Positions 18,735 to 30,596 of a stretch of 64,000 bases of DNA are shown piece by piece. The translations under genes were made by a program, and so were the position numbers. The notes under the pieces are model-generated. The model saw only the letters and a program-made list of their open reading frames with translations. It did no database searches and had not been told where the DNA came from. Every line of letters starts with the position of its first letter. Position 1 is the stretch's first letter. Source of the stretch: Candidatus Nomurabacteria bacterium (GTDB taxonomy: Bacteria; Patescibacteriota; Patescibacteriia; HK-STAS-PATE-3); NCBI GenBank assembly GCA_023898465.1, contig CP060223.1, positions 96,001-160,000 of the forward strand, read 5' to 3'.

Positions 18735-19010
18735 ATGCAATTACGTCCTCTCGGAGATCGGATTGTAGTGAAGCCTTCCACCGAGGAAGAAGTCACTAAG
18801 TCCGGTATTGTCTTACCTGACACTGTTGAAAAAGAAAAAAAGGAGCAAGGTGAAATCGTTGCCATTGGCAGCGGTGAAAAAATTCAAAAGCTCGGCCTCA
18901 AAGTTGGTGATATGGTCGTCTTTGGTAAATATGCCGGAGATGAATTCGAGCATGAAGATGTCGAATACAAAATCCTCAAGGAAGAGGATGTCTTAGCCGT
19001 ACTAGAATAA
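18735..19010 (+). CDS. groES: Co-chaperonin GroES.
   Basis: 91 aa with the characteristic sequence; immediately followed by groEL. Confidence 0.95.
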   Translation: MQLRPLGDRIVVKPSTEEEVTKSGIVLPDTVEKEKKEQGEIVAIGSGEKIQKLGLKVGDMVVFGKYAGDEFEHEDVEYKILKEEDVLAVLE

Positions 19011-20678
<1,668 letters not shown>

Positions 20679-20702
20679 TTTTGCTCTGACGAATTGAATA
20701 GA

Positions 20703-20740
20703 CATAGGCGAGGATGATCATCCTCGCCTATGTTGTATTT
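20703..20740 (+). terminator. Rho-independent terminator after groEL.
   Basis: 12 bp stem cataggcgagga/tcctcgcctatg followed by a T-rich tract. Confidence 0.65.
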
Positions 20741-20786
20741 ACTCCTTCAAGCACTTCACGCTATACTGCAAGTGAAGCGGGGAAGT

Positions 20787-21266
20787 ATGGAACAAGCAAC
20801 ATCACAAAATACATCCGAGCAAGAAGTCTACGTAGCTGGTCTACGTTTGAGTGATTATTGGCGTATGGCTAGATGGCCAGTAGCCGCCGCAACGCTTGTG
20901 AACGCGGCGCTTCTCGCTGCCCAGCAGCCCTGGCCTTATCTCTGGGGAATAAATGTCCTAAGCTTTCTAGGTTTAGCCTATTGGCTGCAGCTAAAAAAGC
21001 GTCTTACTTTTGGCAGCGCCAGTGCGATGGGAATTGTCGCTGGTCTCAGTTTAGGTTTCTTTGTTGCGATATTCCGCTTAGTGATTGAGCGACACGCCTA
21101 CCTCTTCTTCAATCTGATTACCGAGCCGCTACTCACCGCGGCTGGCGGCTTTCTTTTTTCTACGCTACTCTATAGTCTCTTACATCGGAAGCCAAAAAAA
21201 CCGGCCACCGATGTCAAAATGCGAAAGGAGGTGAAAACGAATGAGCGAACCAATGACCAAGAATAA
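20787..21266 (+). CDS. Hypothetical membrane protein.
   Basis: ATG after a GCGGGGA RBS. Several TM helices. The ORF start at 20730 overlaps the terminator, so I used the later ATG. Confidence 0.4.
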   Translation: MEQATSQNTSEQEVYVAGLRLSDYWRMARWPVAAATLVNAALLAAQQPWPYLWGINVLSFLGLAYWLQLKKRLTFGSASAMGIVAGLSLGFFVAIFRLVIERHAYLFFNLITEPLLTAAGGFLFSTLLYSLLHRKPKKPATDVKMRKEVKTNERTNDQE

Positions 21267-21540
21267 TAATGACGACCGACTGCTTGCTTTAGCTTCGTAT
21301 GTTTGGATACTCAGCGTGTTGATCTTATTGTTGAAGAAGGACAGTGACTTTGTACGTTTTCATGCGCGACAGGGTTTTGTTCTCTTTATTATCTCAGTAA
21401 TCTGCTCCATCTTGGCAATTTTCTGGTGGGTGAATCTTATTGTCGCCGTGATGGCGTTAATAGGTATGTACAAGGCCTACCAAGGCGAGAAATGGAAAAT
21501 GCCTTTAGTTGGCATGTTAGCAGAAAAAATAAATTTCTAA
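21241..21540 (+). CDS. Small membrane protein, DUF4870-like.
   Basis: Perfect RBS AAAGGAGGTG. LALASYVWILSVLILL...DFVRFHARQGFVLF pattern. Confidence 0.5.
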   Translation: MSEPMTKNNNDDRLLALASYVWILSVLILLLKKDSDFVRFHARQGFVLFIISVICSILAIFWWVNLIVAVMALIGMYKAYQGEKWKMPLVGMLAEKINF

Positions 21541-21687
21541 CCCAAGCTTTATCAAGGCAATCAGCGTCCTTATCGATTCTCTGTGTGCGTAGAATCGTTC
21601 GGGGCGCTTTGGGTTTGACTCCGTTGTTGCTCAAGCGATTTTCGCGTATACTAAGCATGTTTCTACTATTGAGATTATTAGGGGACT

Positions 21688-24099
21688 ATGGCACAACGCG
21701 CAAAAGAACACATCCTTTGGTTCAACCAGGTAAGTAATAAGGACGTAGGATTAGTTGGAGGCAAGAATGCAAGCTTGGGTGAAATGTATCGTCGTTTAAC
21801 CAAGAAGGGCGTGTATGTGCCAAATGGCTTCGCTATCACGGCTGAGGCCTACCAGCATTTTATTACCAAGGGCGGCATTAAGAAGGAAATTCGCCGCATT
21901 TTAAAGACCCTCAATACGCGAGATACTCGTAACTTGATGGCGCACGGTGAAAAAGTGCGTGCACTGTTACTAAAGACTCCAATGCCAGCTGACCTGGAGG
22001 AGGAGATTAAGCTAGCCTATGACAAGCTTTCGAAGGAGTTTGGGACGGCTAACGTGGATGTCGCCGTCCGTTCGTCGGCAACAGCTGAGGATTTGCCTGA
22101 TGCTTCTTTCGCTGGCCAACAAGAGACCTATTTGAATATTCGAGGTCATGAGGCTTTACTCGATGCCTGCCGCAAAGGTTTTGCCTCACTCTTCACTAAC
22201 CGTGCAATTTCTTATCGCGAAGATAAGGGCTTTGATCACTTCAAAATCTCCCTTTCCCTTGGCGTGCAAAAGATGGTCCGATCTGACTTGTCATCCTCTG
22301 GTGTGATGTTCTCGATTGATACCGAGTCTGGTTTCCGCGATGCTGTATTGGTCAGCGGTTCCTACGGTCTAGGTGAAAACATTGTCCAGGGCGCTGTGAC
22401 GCCAGATGAGTGGTATGTATTTAAGCCAACCCTAGCTCAAGGCTATCAGGCGATTATCTCCCGCAAGTTGGGCGATAAGAAGATTAAAATGATCTACACA
22501 AAGGATTTGAAAAATCCAACTAAGAATGTTCCTGTTCCAACGGTAGATCGTCCAAAATATTGTTTAACAGATAAAGAAGTCACGCAGTTGGCAAAGTGGG
22601 CCGTGCTCATTGAAAAGCACTATAAGAAGCCAATGGATATGGAGTGGGCTAAGGATGGTCAGACTGGTCAGCTCTATATTGTGCAGGCTCGACCGGAAAC
22701 GGTTATGAGTCAGCGTGATACCAGCGTGCTTGAGGAATACAGCATTGGCAAGCGTGGCCGTGTCCTAAGCGAAGGTACGAGCGTCGGCAGTAAGATCGGC
22801 GTGGGTAAAGTACGAGTCATTAAGGATGTTTCCCAAATTCACAGCTTCAAAGCCGGCGAGGTTTTGGTAACGCGCATGACAGATCCGGACTGGGAACCAA
22901 TTATGAAAATCGCCAGCGCGATTGTTACTGAAGAGGGTGGACGCACTTCGCACGCGGCAATTGTTTCTCGTGAGTTAGGTTTACCAGCTGTGGTTGGTAC
23001 AGGAAACGCCACCAAGAAGCTGAAGACCGGCCAAATGGTCACGATAAGCTGTGCGGAAGGTGAGCGTGGATATATTTACGCTGGCAAGCTTCCTTTCACG
23101 GTGAATACAACCAATTTGAAGAATCTCAAAAAGCCAAAGACCAAGATACAAATTATCTTTGGTACGCCGGAATTCGCCTTCCAGACCTCGCAGATTCCAA
23201 ACGATGGCGTGGGGTTGGCTCGTGAAGAAGTAATCACTGCTTCACACATTCAGGTCCACCCGCTTGCTTTGATTCACTTTGCGAAATTGAAGGACCAAGA
23301 GGCAAAGAAGAAAATTGAAGCGCTGACCGTAGGCTACGACAACAAGAAGCAATACTACGTTGATACTTTGGCGCAAGGTATTGCCATGATTGCGGCAGCC
23401 TTTTATCCCAAAGAAGTTATTCTACGTTTGGCTGACTTCCGATCAAACGAATATGCTGAGTTAATCGGTGGGCATGAATTTGAGCCGGAGGAGCGTAACC
23501 CGATGATTGGTTGGCGCGGCGCTTCCCGCTACTATGATCCAAAATACCGACCAGCCTTTGATCTGGAGTGTAAGGCAATTAAAAAAGTGCGTGATGAGAT
23601 GGGTCTGAAAAACCTCAAGATCATGGTGCCGTTCTGCCGTACCGTAGAAGAGGGTAAAAAGGTTATCGCTATTTTGAAGGAGAATGGCCTGGTCCAGCAC
23701 AAAGATGGTTTGGAAATCTTCGTCATGTGTGAAATTCCTTCCAACGTTGTTTTAGCTGATAAGTTTGCTGATATCTTTGATGGCTTCTCCATTGGTTCGA
23801 ACGACCTGACGCAGTTAACTCTAGGACTCGACCGTGACTCCGCCCTGATTGCGCACGTGGGGAATGAAAACAACGAGGCAGTGCATCGACTCCTCGCTCA
23901 GGTGATTGAAGTAGCGAAGCGCCGTAAGAAAAAGATCGGTATTTGCGGACAAGGTCCATCAGACTATCCGCAGCTAGCTCGCTTCCTGGTTGAGCAAGGT
24001 ATTGATGCGCTCTCGATTAACCCTGATACGGTTTTGAAGACCATGGTTGATATAACAAAGTTTGAGAAGCGCAAACGCGGGAAGCGCCGTAAGAAGTAA
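21688..24099 (+). CDS. ppsA: Phosphoenolpyruvate synthase (pyruvate, water dikinase).
   Basis: About 800 aa with N-terminal ATP-grasp, a central phospho-His swivelling domain, and a C-terminal PEP-utilising TIM domain (GGRTSHAAIVSRELGLPAVVG). Confidence 0.92.
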   Translation: MAQRAKEHILWFNQVSNKDVGLVGGKNASLGEMYRRLTKKGVYVPNGFAITAEAYQHFITKGGIKKEIRRILKTLNTRDTRNLMAHGEKVRALLLKTPMPADLEEEIKLAYDKLSKEFGTANVDVAVRSSATAEDLPDASFAGQQETYLNIRGHEALLDACRKGFASLFTNRAISYREDKGFDHFKISLSLGVQKMVRSDLSSSGVMFSIDTESGFRDAVLVSGSYGLGENIVQGAVTPDEWYVFKPTLAQGYQAIISRKLGDKKIKMIYTKDLKNPTKNVPVPTVDRPKYCLTDKEVTQLAKWAVLIEKHYKKPMDMEWAKDGQTGQLYIVQARPETVMSQRDTSVLEEYSIGKRGRVLSEGTSVGSKIGVGKVRVIKDVSQIHSFKAGEVLVTRMTDPDWEPIMKIASAIVTEEGGRTSHAAIVSRELGLPAVVGTGNATKKLKTGQMVTISCAEGERGYIYAGKLPFTVNTTNLKNLKKPKTKIQIIFGTPEFAFQTSQIPNDGVGLAREEVITASHIQVHPLALIHFAKLKDQEAKKKIEALTVGYDNKKQYYVDTLAQGIAMIAAAFYPKEVILRLADFRSNEYAELIGGHEFEPEERNPMIGWRGASRYYDPKYRPAFDLECKAIKKVRDEMGLKNLKIMVPFCRTVEEGKKVIAILKENGLVQHKDGLEIFVMCEIPSNVVLADKFADIFDGFSIGSNDLTQLTLGLDRDSALIAHVGNENNEAVHRLLAQVIEVAKRRKKKIGICGQGPSDYPQLARFLVEQGIDALSINPDTVLKTMVDITKFEKRKRGKRRKK

Positions 24100-24104
24100 G
24101 GGTT

Positions 24105-24809
24105 ATGCCAACTCAATCTGAACATATTCATGAGCGATACGGGGATGACTCGTATCGCTCAGTGGAATTACGAAACCCGGAAGAACTTCGAGAGTTTGCA
24201 TTAGCATTTCGTCAGTACTACGGTAAGTCTATAGCGGATGTGACACAGGAAGAGAAAGAGGTAGATGCTTTGACTGAGCGTTTACTTGAGCAGCAAAAGG
24301 ATTCGGCGGCGAGTGTGCGTTTCTATGGTATGCGATACGGCACGAAGTTGGTTGCTACTGGACGCTTAAAAGTGAGCACTGATCCAAGTACTGGAGAGCG
24401 AGTTGCTTTACTTTCGCATTTGTCAGTTGATCCAGATCATCGTGGCAAAAAAATAAGCACTCGATTAAGTGTTGAACGTATTGCAGAAGCGCAGCACCTA
24501 GGGGCAAGTCGTATCCTGGCTCATGTAGCGCAGCATAATGTTGCCTCACTAAGCTTGAAGCTGCGTGAAGGATTTCAGGTGACCGGATTTGTCTATTATG
24601 ATGCAGCGAAGCAGCACGGTCGTTTTGAGCTATCGCAAAACCTTCCCAGCAATAAGGCCGGCTCAGTTTCATTTGAACAACGTGAAGTGTTGCTGAGCGA
24701 CACAAAAACGCTTGATGAGCTATTACACTCGGACTGGGTGGGGATTGCGCTTAGGGGCACTAGAGAGGAACCAAGCCTGGAGATTCGCAAACATCTCTCT
24801 TCCCAATAG
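24105..24809 (+). CDS. GNAT-family acetyltransferase-like protein.
   Basis: LLSHLSVDPDHRGKKISTRL resembles GNAT motif A. Confidence 0.45.
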   Translation: MPTQSEHIHERYGDDSYRSVELRNPEELREFALAFRQYYGKSIADVTQEEKEVDALTERLLEQQKDSAASVRFYGMRYGTKLVATGRLKVSTDPSTGERVALLSHLSVDPDHRGKKISTRLSVERIAEAQHLGASRILAHVAQHNVASLSLKLREGFQVTGFVYYDAAKQHGRFELSQNLPSNKAGSVSFEQREVLLSDTKTLDELLHSDWVGIALRGTREEPSLEIRKHLSSQ

Positions 24810-24812
24810 ATA

Positions 24813-24902
24813 TGGCGGAGAGGGGGAGATTCGAACTCCCGAAGGGCTTTCACCCTTACTTGCTTTCCAAGCAAGCGCACTAGGCCACTATGCGACCTCT
24901 CC
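24813..24902 (-). tRNA. tRNA-Ser (anticodon GGA), class II with a long variable arm.
   Basis: Reverse complement GGAGAGGTCGCATAGTGGCCTAGTGCGCTTGCTTGGAAAGCAAG-TAAGGGTGAAAGCCCTTC-GGGAGTTCGAATCTCCCCCTCTCCGCCA. Anticodon loop TTGGAAA. Confidence 0.9.
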
Positions 24903-25207
24903 ACGAATTATTTTTTTCTTATCGTGCCGTTCAGTAAGGCGTGAAATTGCACACCGCCTTTGTATTTCTTTATTCTTAACTCTGCTTTTCGTGCCTCGCT
25001 CCTTGTTCCATACTTTTCCGCATATATTATTTCCAGGGAACTCCAGACTTCGTTGATCGAACACGAGACGCATTGTGCTCAATTATTCTTGTGGATATAT
25101 TTTCACAATGGCCTATATAATACCTTCCTGTTTTTTCGCTTTGTAGAATATATGTTATAAACATACATTTTGCTTTCTGCCGCGGAGCGGCATCCCGCCC
25201 CGCGGGA

Positions 25208-25242
25208 CAAGCAAGCGCACTAGGCCACTATGCGACCTCTCC
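25208..25242 (-). repeat. 35 nt direct copy of the 5' half of tRNA-Ser, a pseudo-tRNA fragment.
   Basis: caagcaagcgcactaggccactatgcgacctctcc is identical to 24868-24902. The match continues upstream (ttgctttc) across a 30 nt GC-rich hairpin insertion at 25178-25207. Confidence 0.8.
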
Positions 25243-25346
25243 AGGTTGCGTGATTTGTAACGGGACAATCCTAGCGAAAAATTACCTATTTGGCAAGGCG
25301 AAAATACAGAGTAAAATTCGACAAACAGGTCCCGCTCGGCTAGGAT

Positions 25347-25922
25347 ATGGATATGCGCGTAGAAGCAAGTCCAGAAACCCAGGTAGTAAAAAAGAAAAAA
25401 GGGAGCTGGCGGAAACTCGTCCTTTCGCTCTTTGTGTTGACCGCTCTAGTAGTAATCGTGCAGCAAGCTTTTGACACTTCCACATCCTCAAGCGAAACAG
25501 ACACTCAGGAGCAAAACGTCTTAGGTGAGAGTACGAGTCAACCCGAAAATACTGTTCGAGTACGTTTGAGTGAGGAAGAATTGAATAACCGTTTACAAGA
25601 ACAGATTGGACAGAGTAGTCAGGGAAATACTTTAGCTGATGCACATATAGAGATCCAAGACAGCCTCGGCATTTTACGTATGCGCTGGGAGGGAGGACAA
25701 ACTCTCGAAGCGCAAATTGTGGTAGGTGATTCTCAAAAGGAATTAGTTGTACGTAATGCGAGAGTTGAGGGTGCCGGAATTCTCAATAGCGTTTTTGAAA
25801 CGCTGGCCAAAAGTACGATTGATCAAGCATTGAAGATTATTACCAATAAGCAGGGAGATCGATTGGTTTCTCTGGCGATGGTGGATGGTGCACTTCACGC
25901 GTATTATCGCTTAGCACAATAA
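25347..25922 (+). CDS. Hypothetical membrane-anchored protein.
   Basis: Lys-rich N-terminus followed by a TM helix. Confidence 0.4.
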   Translation: MDMRVEASPETQVVKKKKGSWRKLVLSLFVLTALVVIVQQAFDTSTSSSETDTQEQNVLGESTSQPENTVRVRLSEEELNNRLQEQIGQSSQGNTLADAHIEIQDSLGILRMRWEGGQTLEAQIVVGDSQKELVVRNARVEGAGILNSVFETLAKSTIDQALKIITNKQGDRLVSLAMVDGALHAYYRLAQ

Positions 25923-26185
25923 TGCCTCGCACATTGCCGAAGGACGTGTTGCTAGAAATCCCCGGTGTAGGAAAAAGTATTGCAAAGGATTTACACGAAT
26001 TAAACATCCATAAGGTAGAAGATTTGCGCCGGCAAAACCCGGAACAACTTTATGAAAACCTGCAGCGTCAGCAAGGAGCGCCAATTGATCGTTGTATACT
26101 CTATGTATTTCGTTGTGCAGTGTATTACGCGAGTCATACTCGTCACGATGTAGAAAAATTGAAATGGTGGAATTGGAAAGATTAA
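25922..26185 (+). CDS. Helix-hairpin-helix protein, Cdd1-like (PF11731-type).
   Basis: LLEIPGVGKSIAKDL...NPEQLYENL pattern. Confidence 0.5.
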   Translation: MPRTLPKDVLLEIPGVGKSIAKDLHELNIHKVEDLRRQNPEQLYENLQRQQGAPIDRCILYVFRCAVYYASHTRHDVEKLKWWNWKD

Positions 26186-26189
26186 AAAT

Positions 26190-27395
26190 ATGTGGAAGCA
26201 TTCATTTATAGTTATCCTTACCTGCCTCTTCTTCCTTTTCGGTGTAGGTTTTGCAATACAAACTTCTACCTTTAACGCCCCAGATGAGCGAGGGCATTAT
26301 TTATATGTGCAATACGTGCATGAGACCGGGTTATTGCCGGTGCTCTCGGCTGATTCACCAAATAAGGAGGCGCATCAACCACCCTTGTACTATTGGCTGA
26401 GTCAGCCAGTCTTTTCTTTGACCCAGCATTGGTCAGAGCGGGCGCAGGTACTAGCACTTCGTTTTTGGTCGCTTATACTCAGTAGTGGTGTGGTCTTGCT
26501 GACCTATGCGGCAATTCGCCGACTCCTCCCAACCCGTCGACTCCTTGCCTACCTCGCCACGGTTTTTGTGGCCCTAAATCCTCAGTTTCTTTTCATGAGC
26601 AGCGTGATTAATAATGATGCGCTCACAAATCTTCTGGGTGCAGCATGGGTCTTTGCCATTGTTTTTCTTTTTACGCGACAAAGTGTTTTATTAAAAAAAT
26701 CTACCAATGTTTGGATGGTGCTTTTAGCTGCGGCAATGTTTCTCACAAAAGCATCACTCTGGCCATTAGTCGCGCTTCTTGGTCTTGTGCATTTTTTCCG
26801 AGTGCCCATCTCAGAGCGTAAACGTGTAGCGTTGTATTGGATACCCGCCCTTCTGATTATGCTTTGGTGGCTGACTCGAAATACTCTTATCTACGGTGAT
26901 CCGACGGTACATCAAGTGCAGCATGATTTGTGGTATGCTGAGCAGCATCGAAATTTTCTTAGCCCTTCAGGTGTATGGCAGTGGCTAGTTACCCTGGTTG
27001 AAAGTTTTTGGGCGAGATTTGCCTATTTTAATATTGCCCTGCCTGGGATTTTTTATCTTTTTATCAAGCTAGGTCTCATGATGGGGGCGATTGGTTTTCT
27101 GCGCTACACCTTCCAGCATTGGAGTGAAAAATGGCAGCCTCGAATGCAAGCGATCTGGATACTTTGTTTGGGCGCGCTGAGTGTTTTTGTCGGTGTGTTC
27201 TGGTATAGCTTGAGTTTTTATCAGCCACAAGGGCGTTATCTCTTTGCTGTCCTGCCCGTTTTTAGTGCGCTGCTTAGTCTGGGTCTCCTGGTATGGTTGC
27301 CAAAAAAACTTCAATGGTTAGTATTTGCTCTTATCGTTGTTGCTCTCGTCCTGGCTGATGTGAAGAGCTATGCATTGCTCAGTAAGTACGGATAA
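26190..27395 (+). CDS. Membrane glycosyltransferase, GT39/GT83-like (PMT/ArnT family).
   Basis: Multi-TM protein. NAPDERGHYLYVQYV...PPLYYWL matches the family's conserved N-terminal loop. Confidence 0.6.
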   Translation: MWKHSFIVILTCLFFLFGVGFAIQTSTFNAPDERGHYLYVQYVHETGLLPVLSADSPNKEAHQPPLYYWLSQPVFSLTQHWSERAQVLALRFWSLILSSGVVLLTYAAIRRLLPTRRLLAYLATVFVALNPQFLFMSSVINNDALTNLLGAAWVFAIVFLFTRQSVLLKKSTNVWMVLLAAAMFLTKASLWPLVALLGLVHFFRVPISERKRVALYWIPALLIMLWWLTRNTLIYGDPTVHQVQHDLWYAEQHRNFLSPSGVWQWLVTLVESFWARFAYFNIALPGIFYLFIKLGLMMGAIGFLRYTFQHWSEKWQPRMQAIWILCLGALSVFVGVFWYSLSFYQPQGRYLFAVLPVFSALLSLGLLVWLPKKLQWLVFALIVVALVLADVKSYALLSKYG

Positions 27396-27525
27396 ACTTC
27401 GAAACCTCAATACCGAAATACTAAGCAAATTCTAAATAAGAACTTCAAAATACGCCAAATTACTTTGGGAAGCATGTTTAGATATAGTTTTTGTTTCGAG
27501 ATTCGAACTTAGAATTTAGGAATTA

Positions 27526-28661
27526 TTATTCGCATTCCGGATCGTCGTAGCGATGTACGATTCCATGAATAACTTGTCCCAGCATGAGTAGGCTAAGTGC
27601 GAGAAGGAAGAAAGTGGCACCAAGTCGTGGAGCAAAAGTTCCTACGAGGATAATAAGCAGTGCGCCACCAAAGCGAATGCCGCGATCGCTTTTTTTATGC
27701 TCAACATCGTGTTGGTCAGGCACCAGAGTCAGCTCTAGTAAGCCATTAAAGAGGAGAGTAATAGCTGCTCCGCCACAGAGGAGCCATATGATTTCGCTGC
27801 GCAGGAGATTAGCCCCATTTGCAATGATGGCTAACATGGCAGCTCCAATTGCGCCAGTGCCGATATGCAAGGGCAAATGTCCATAGCCCCAAGCTGCCTT
27901 AACCCATTCGTTCTGTCTCACTCGGCGTACCGGTATGGTATTGAAGTAGAGCCACCATAATCCAAATGCGAGTAACATTCCTAGACCGCCAATGAGGAGA
28001 GAGTGAGTAGTCATAACAGGAAGGTCAGCAATTTTTTCTGCTGTTGCGATAATGGTCTCACCTAGGACAATAATCACTAATAAACCAAAACGTTCAGGTA
28101 GATGAGAGTTGCTGAAGCGTGGAAGCTTGCTTTGCTCTCCAAAGGTAAGCGCTGGAGTAAACAGGTCGATAGCGAGTCCAAGTCCTCGTAATATAAGTTG
28201 GAGTGGGGCTGGGACAAAGAGTGAAATGGTCCACAGGATAACTGAGGTGCTGAAGCCAATGGAATAGATACCGGTAGTTTTTCGGATTTCTGGATTATGA
28301 TATCCGCCCCGTATCCAAAGGAAGATGAGTACAAGTCGGGCAAGAATATATGAGACCCCGAAGCCAAATGCGGTACTATCGAGTCCATCGCGTGCAAATA
28401 TTGCCAATCCAGCGATCGGCAGCATCATCAGGAAGGTCAGGAGCTTGTGACTCACATCGTCTGTCTCAAAGCGATCGTTGTAGAGCGTGTGTCCAATCCA
28501 AACCCACCAGATTGGGATAAAGAGTAAAACAAAGCGAAGTACGCCGCTCCAGTCTGGCTGGTCAGCGAGAGCATGGATAAGCTCTCTGATTGCCGCAACA
28601 AAAACAAGGTCAAAAAATAGCTCTAATCACGTTGCTCGACGCTCTTGATTTTCATCTTCAT
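27526..28661 (-). pseudogene. ltrA: Low-temperature-requirement LtrA-family membrane protein gene with an apparent 1-nt frameshift near its 5' end.
   Basis: The long frame LELFFDLVFVAAI...FIPIWWVWIGHTLYNDRFETDD...ERFGLLVIIVLGE carries LtrA signatures. It has no in-frame start before an upstream TGA at 28627-28629. The predicted N-terminus MKMKIKSVEQRD sits in the -1 frame starting at 28661. Confidence 0.55.
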
Positions 28662-28807
28662 CACGCCGTAAAACCGGATGTTGCCACCAGTGTTTGTGAG
28701 GATTCCATTCGTGTCCCGTATGCATTGCGCGCCGATTGTAGCACATATTTTTAAGCTTGTCATGGCTGGCCTGAGCGATAAAAATGTGTTAAAGTTGTGA
28801 TGAAAAT

Positions 28808-29194
28808 ATGCCACGAGTCATTCATTTTGAAATTCATGCCAGTGATCCAGAACGAGCTGCGCAGTTTTATGCACGCGTTTTTGATTGGGATATACAGAAG
28901 TGGGATGGTCCAGAAGAGTACTGGCTAGTAAACACCGGTGCAGATACGCAAGCCGGTATCAATGGCGCAATTTTTAGGCGTCAGGGTGAATTAAGCCAGC
29001 ATGATGCGGTGATCGCCTTTGTGTGTACTATTGATGTGCCGAATGTTGATGCGTATATAGAGAAAGTGAAGCAACATGGTGGACATGTCGAATTGCAAAA
29101 AATGGCCGTGCCCGGAGTGGGCTGGATGGCATATTGCAAAGACACCGAAGGAAATATTTTTGGGATGATGCAAGCTGACCCGGAGGCAGTTTAA
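28808..29194 (+). CDS. VOC/glyoxalase-family protein.
   Basis: 128 aa, beta-alpha-beta(3)-like. FYARVFDW...GNIFG. Confidence 0.7.
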   Translation: MPRVIHFEIHASDPERAAQFYARVFDWDIQKWDGPEEYWLVNTGADTQAGINGAIFRRQGELSQHDAVIAFVCTIDVPNVDAYIEKVKQHGGHVELQKMAVPGVGWMAYCKDTEGNIFGMMQADPEAV

Positions 29195-29195
29195 G

Positions 29196-29774
29196 ATGCA
29201 ACACGAACTACTCGATATTATCAATGAAGAGGACGAGGTAATAGGCCAAGCAACTCGGCAAGAGTTGTATGATAAGGGCCTTACTTGTCGCATCGTGCAT
29301 GTGTTTGTGCAAAATAGCCAAGGCCAGTTTGCCATTCAGAAACGCAGTGAAGTGGTGAGCTTTCTCCCGGGCCACTGGAGCTCCTCGGCCAGTGGACATG
29401 TCAAAAAAGGCGAGTCATATGACGAAGCGGCTGCACGTGAACTGCAAGAAGAGTTAGGCATTGAAGCACCTTTAGAAAATGCCTTAACAACTTGGTACAC
29501 CGTGCCAGACCGAAATATCCGCCGTCGTATTGGCGTTTACCTTGCTAAGCACGAGGGACCTTTTGAGCTTGAGGCAATTGAAGTGGCTGAAGTTGTTTGG
29601 CATGAGCCTGAAGAAGTCTTAGCAATGGCCAAGAAAGGCGAGCCATTCCAACCGGAATTGGCAATTAGGAAATCATATTCACCCTATCGAAAGAGTATCT
29701 GGTCATTACATTGCTTTATTGCTCGTAATTGTCAGAAGGCAGGCGAACCACAATTGGACGGGGGAGAAAAATAG
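29196..29774 (+). CDS. NUDIX hydrolase. Its last ~39 aa are specified by the adjacent AT-rich insertion.
   Basis: Nudix box GHVKKGESYDEAAARELQEELGI. Nucleotide identity with the copy at 30595-31061 ends at 29659. Confidence 0.8.
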   Translation: MQHELLDIINEEDEVIGQATRQELYDKGLTCRIVHVFVQNSQGQFAIQKRSEVVSFLPGHWSSSASGHVKKGESYDEAAARELQEELGIEAPLENALTTWYTVPDRNIRRRIGVYLAKHEGPFELEAIEVAEVVWHEPEEVLAMAKKGEPFQPELAIRKSYSPYRKSIWSLHCFIARNCQKAGEPQLDGGEK

Positions 29775-30596
29775 AAGACCAGCTTATTACTTTTGAAGAC
29801 TTCTCGCGTGTAATGATTATGTTTACTGAGCGCGAGACTTGTTCCAGGTTTTACCAGATGCGACTGGATCCACAGAAGAAGAAAGAATTCTATAAGATTC
29901 TTTTAATACCTAAAATGGAAGAATCCGGAAATATTAAAATATTCGGCATGGATTGGCTGAAATTTGCACGATCTTTTAATTTTCACTTGCAGGGGCTGGG
30001 TGTGATGTTATTTTACAATCAAAAACTCATAAAGATAAACGATTGAATATTGATTTTTATCTCCATCAATTCTTTTTAACATTAAACATTCATTAGAGTT
30101 GTTTGTAAAAATGACAATGGAGATATTAGATCAAAAAGTTAAAAGACAACACAATACATTAAGCAATTTAATAATAGTCGAAGGTGTTATAAGGAAGTTG
30201 GATAATATCGTTTGTAGATATTTGGCTTCAAAGCAGACTAAGTAAATCAAAAGGTAAGTATGATACGTATTATCTAGACACATGGAGGAACGGATGGAGG
30301 GAAATTCGAGTGATGGTGGAGTACTACAGCAATTTAAACTTTTGAAAGATCGTGGACTTTCTCAAAAATTATTAAAAGATACTGAGAACACCTTATTTCG
30401 ATATCCTGATTCCAGCATGATAAAGAAGTTGAAGTATAATGAGGTTTTTGCAAAAATTAATATTCTTGACGTTAAAAACTTTAAGAAAGACGTTAATAAT
30501 TCCGGAACACTATTTACAGATCTTTTTCTCATACTTTTATTTTTTCGATACGAGATAGTCGAAGGTGTTGATTAGAGAGTTATTATATAAATATGT

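Noticed and set aside
24960-25160. 66 aa ORF between tRNA-Ser and its partial copy.
   Set aside because: AT-rich and Phe/Leu-rich, with no RBS. It is probably non-coding spacer.
28600-28680. UGA-recoding (genetic code 25) explanation for the TGA inside the ltrA-like frame.
   Set aside because: TGA is used as a genuine stop by several confident genes in the window, for example 5222-6385. The frames flanking the TGA are offset by 1 nt, which indicates a frameshift rather than read-through.
29729-30575. Two small AT-rich ORFs (105 and 97 aa) inside the NUDIX insertion, as real genes.
   Set aside because: They have no RBS, they overlap the chimeric NUDIX C-terminus, and they have no recognisable motifs. 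They are left as features of the inserted DNA, not annotated as CDS.
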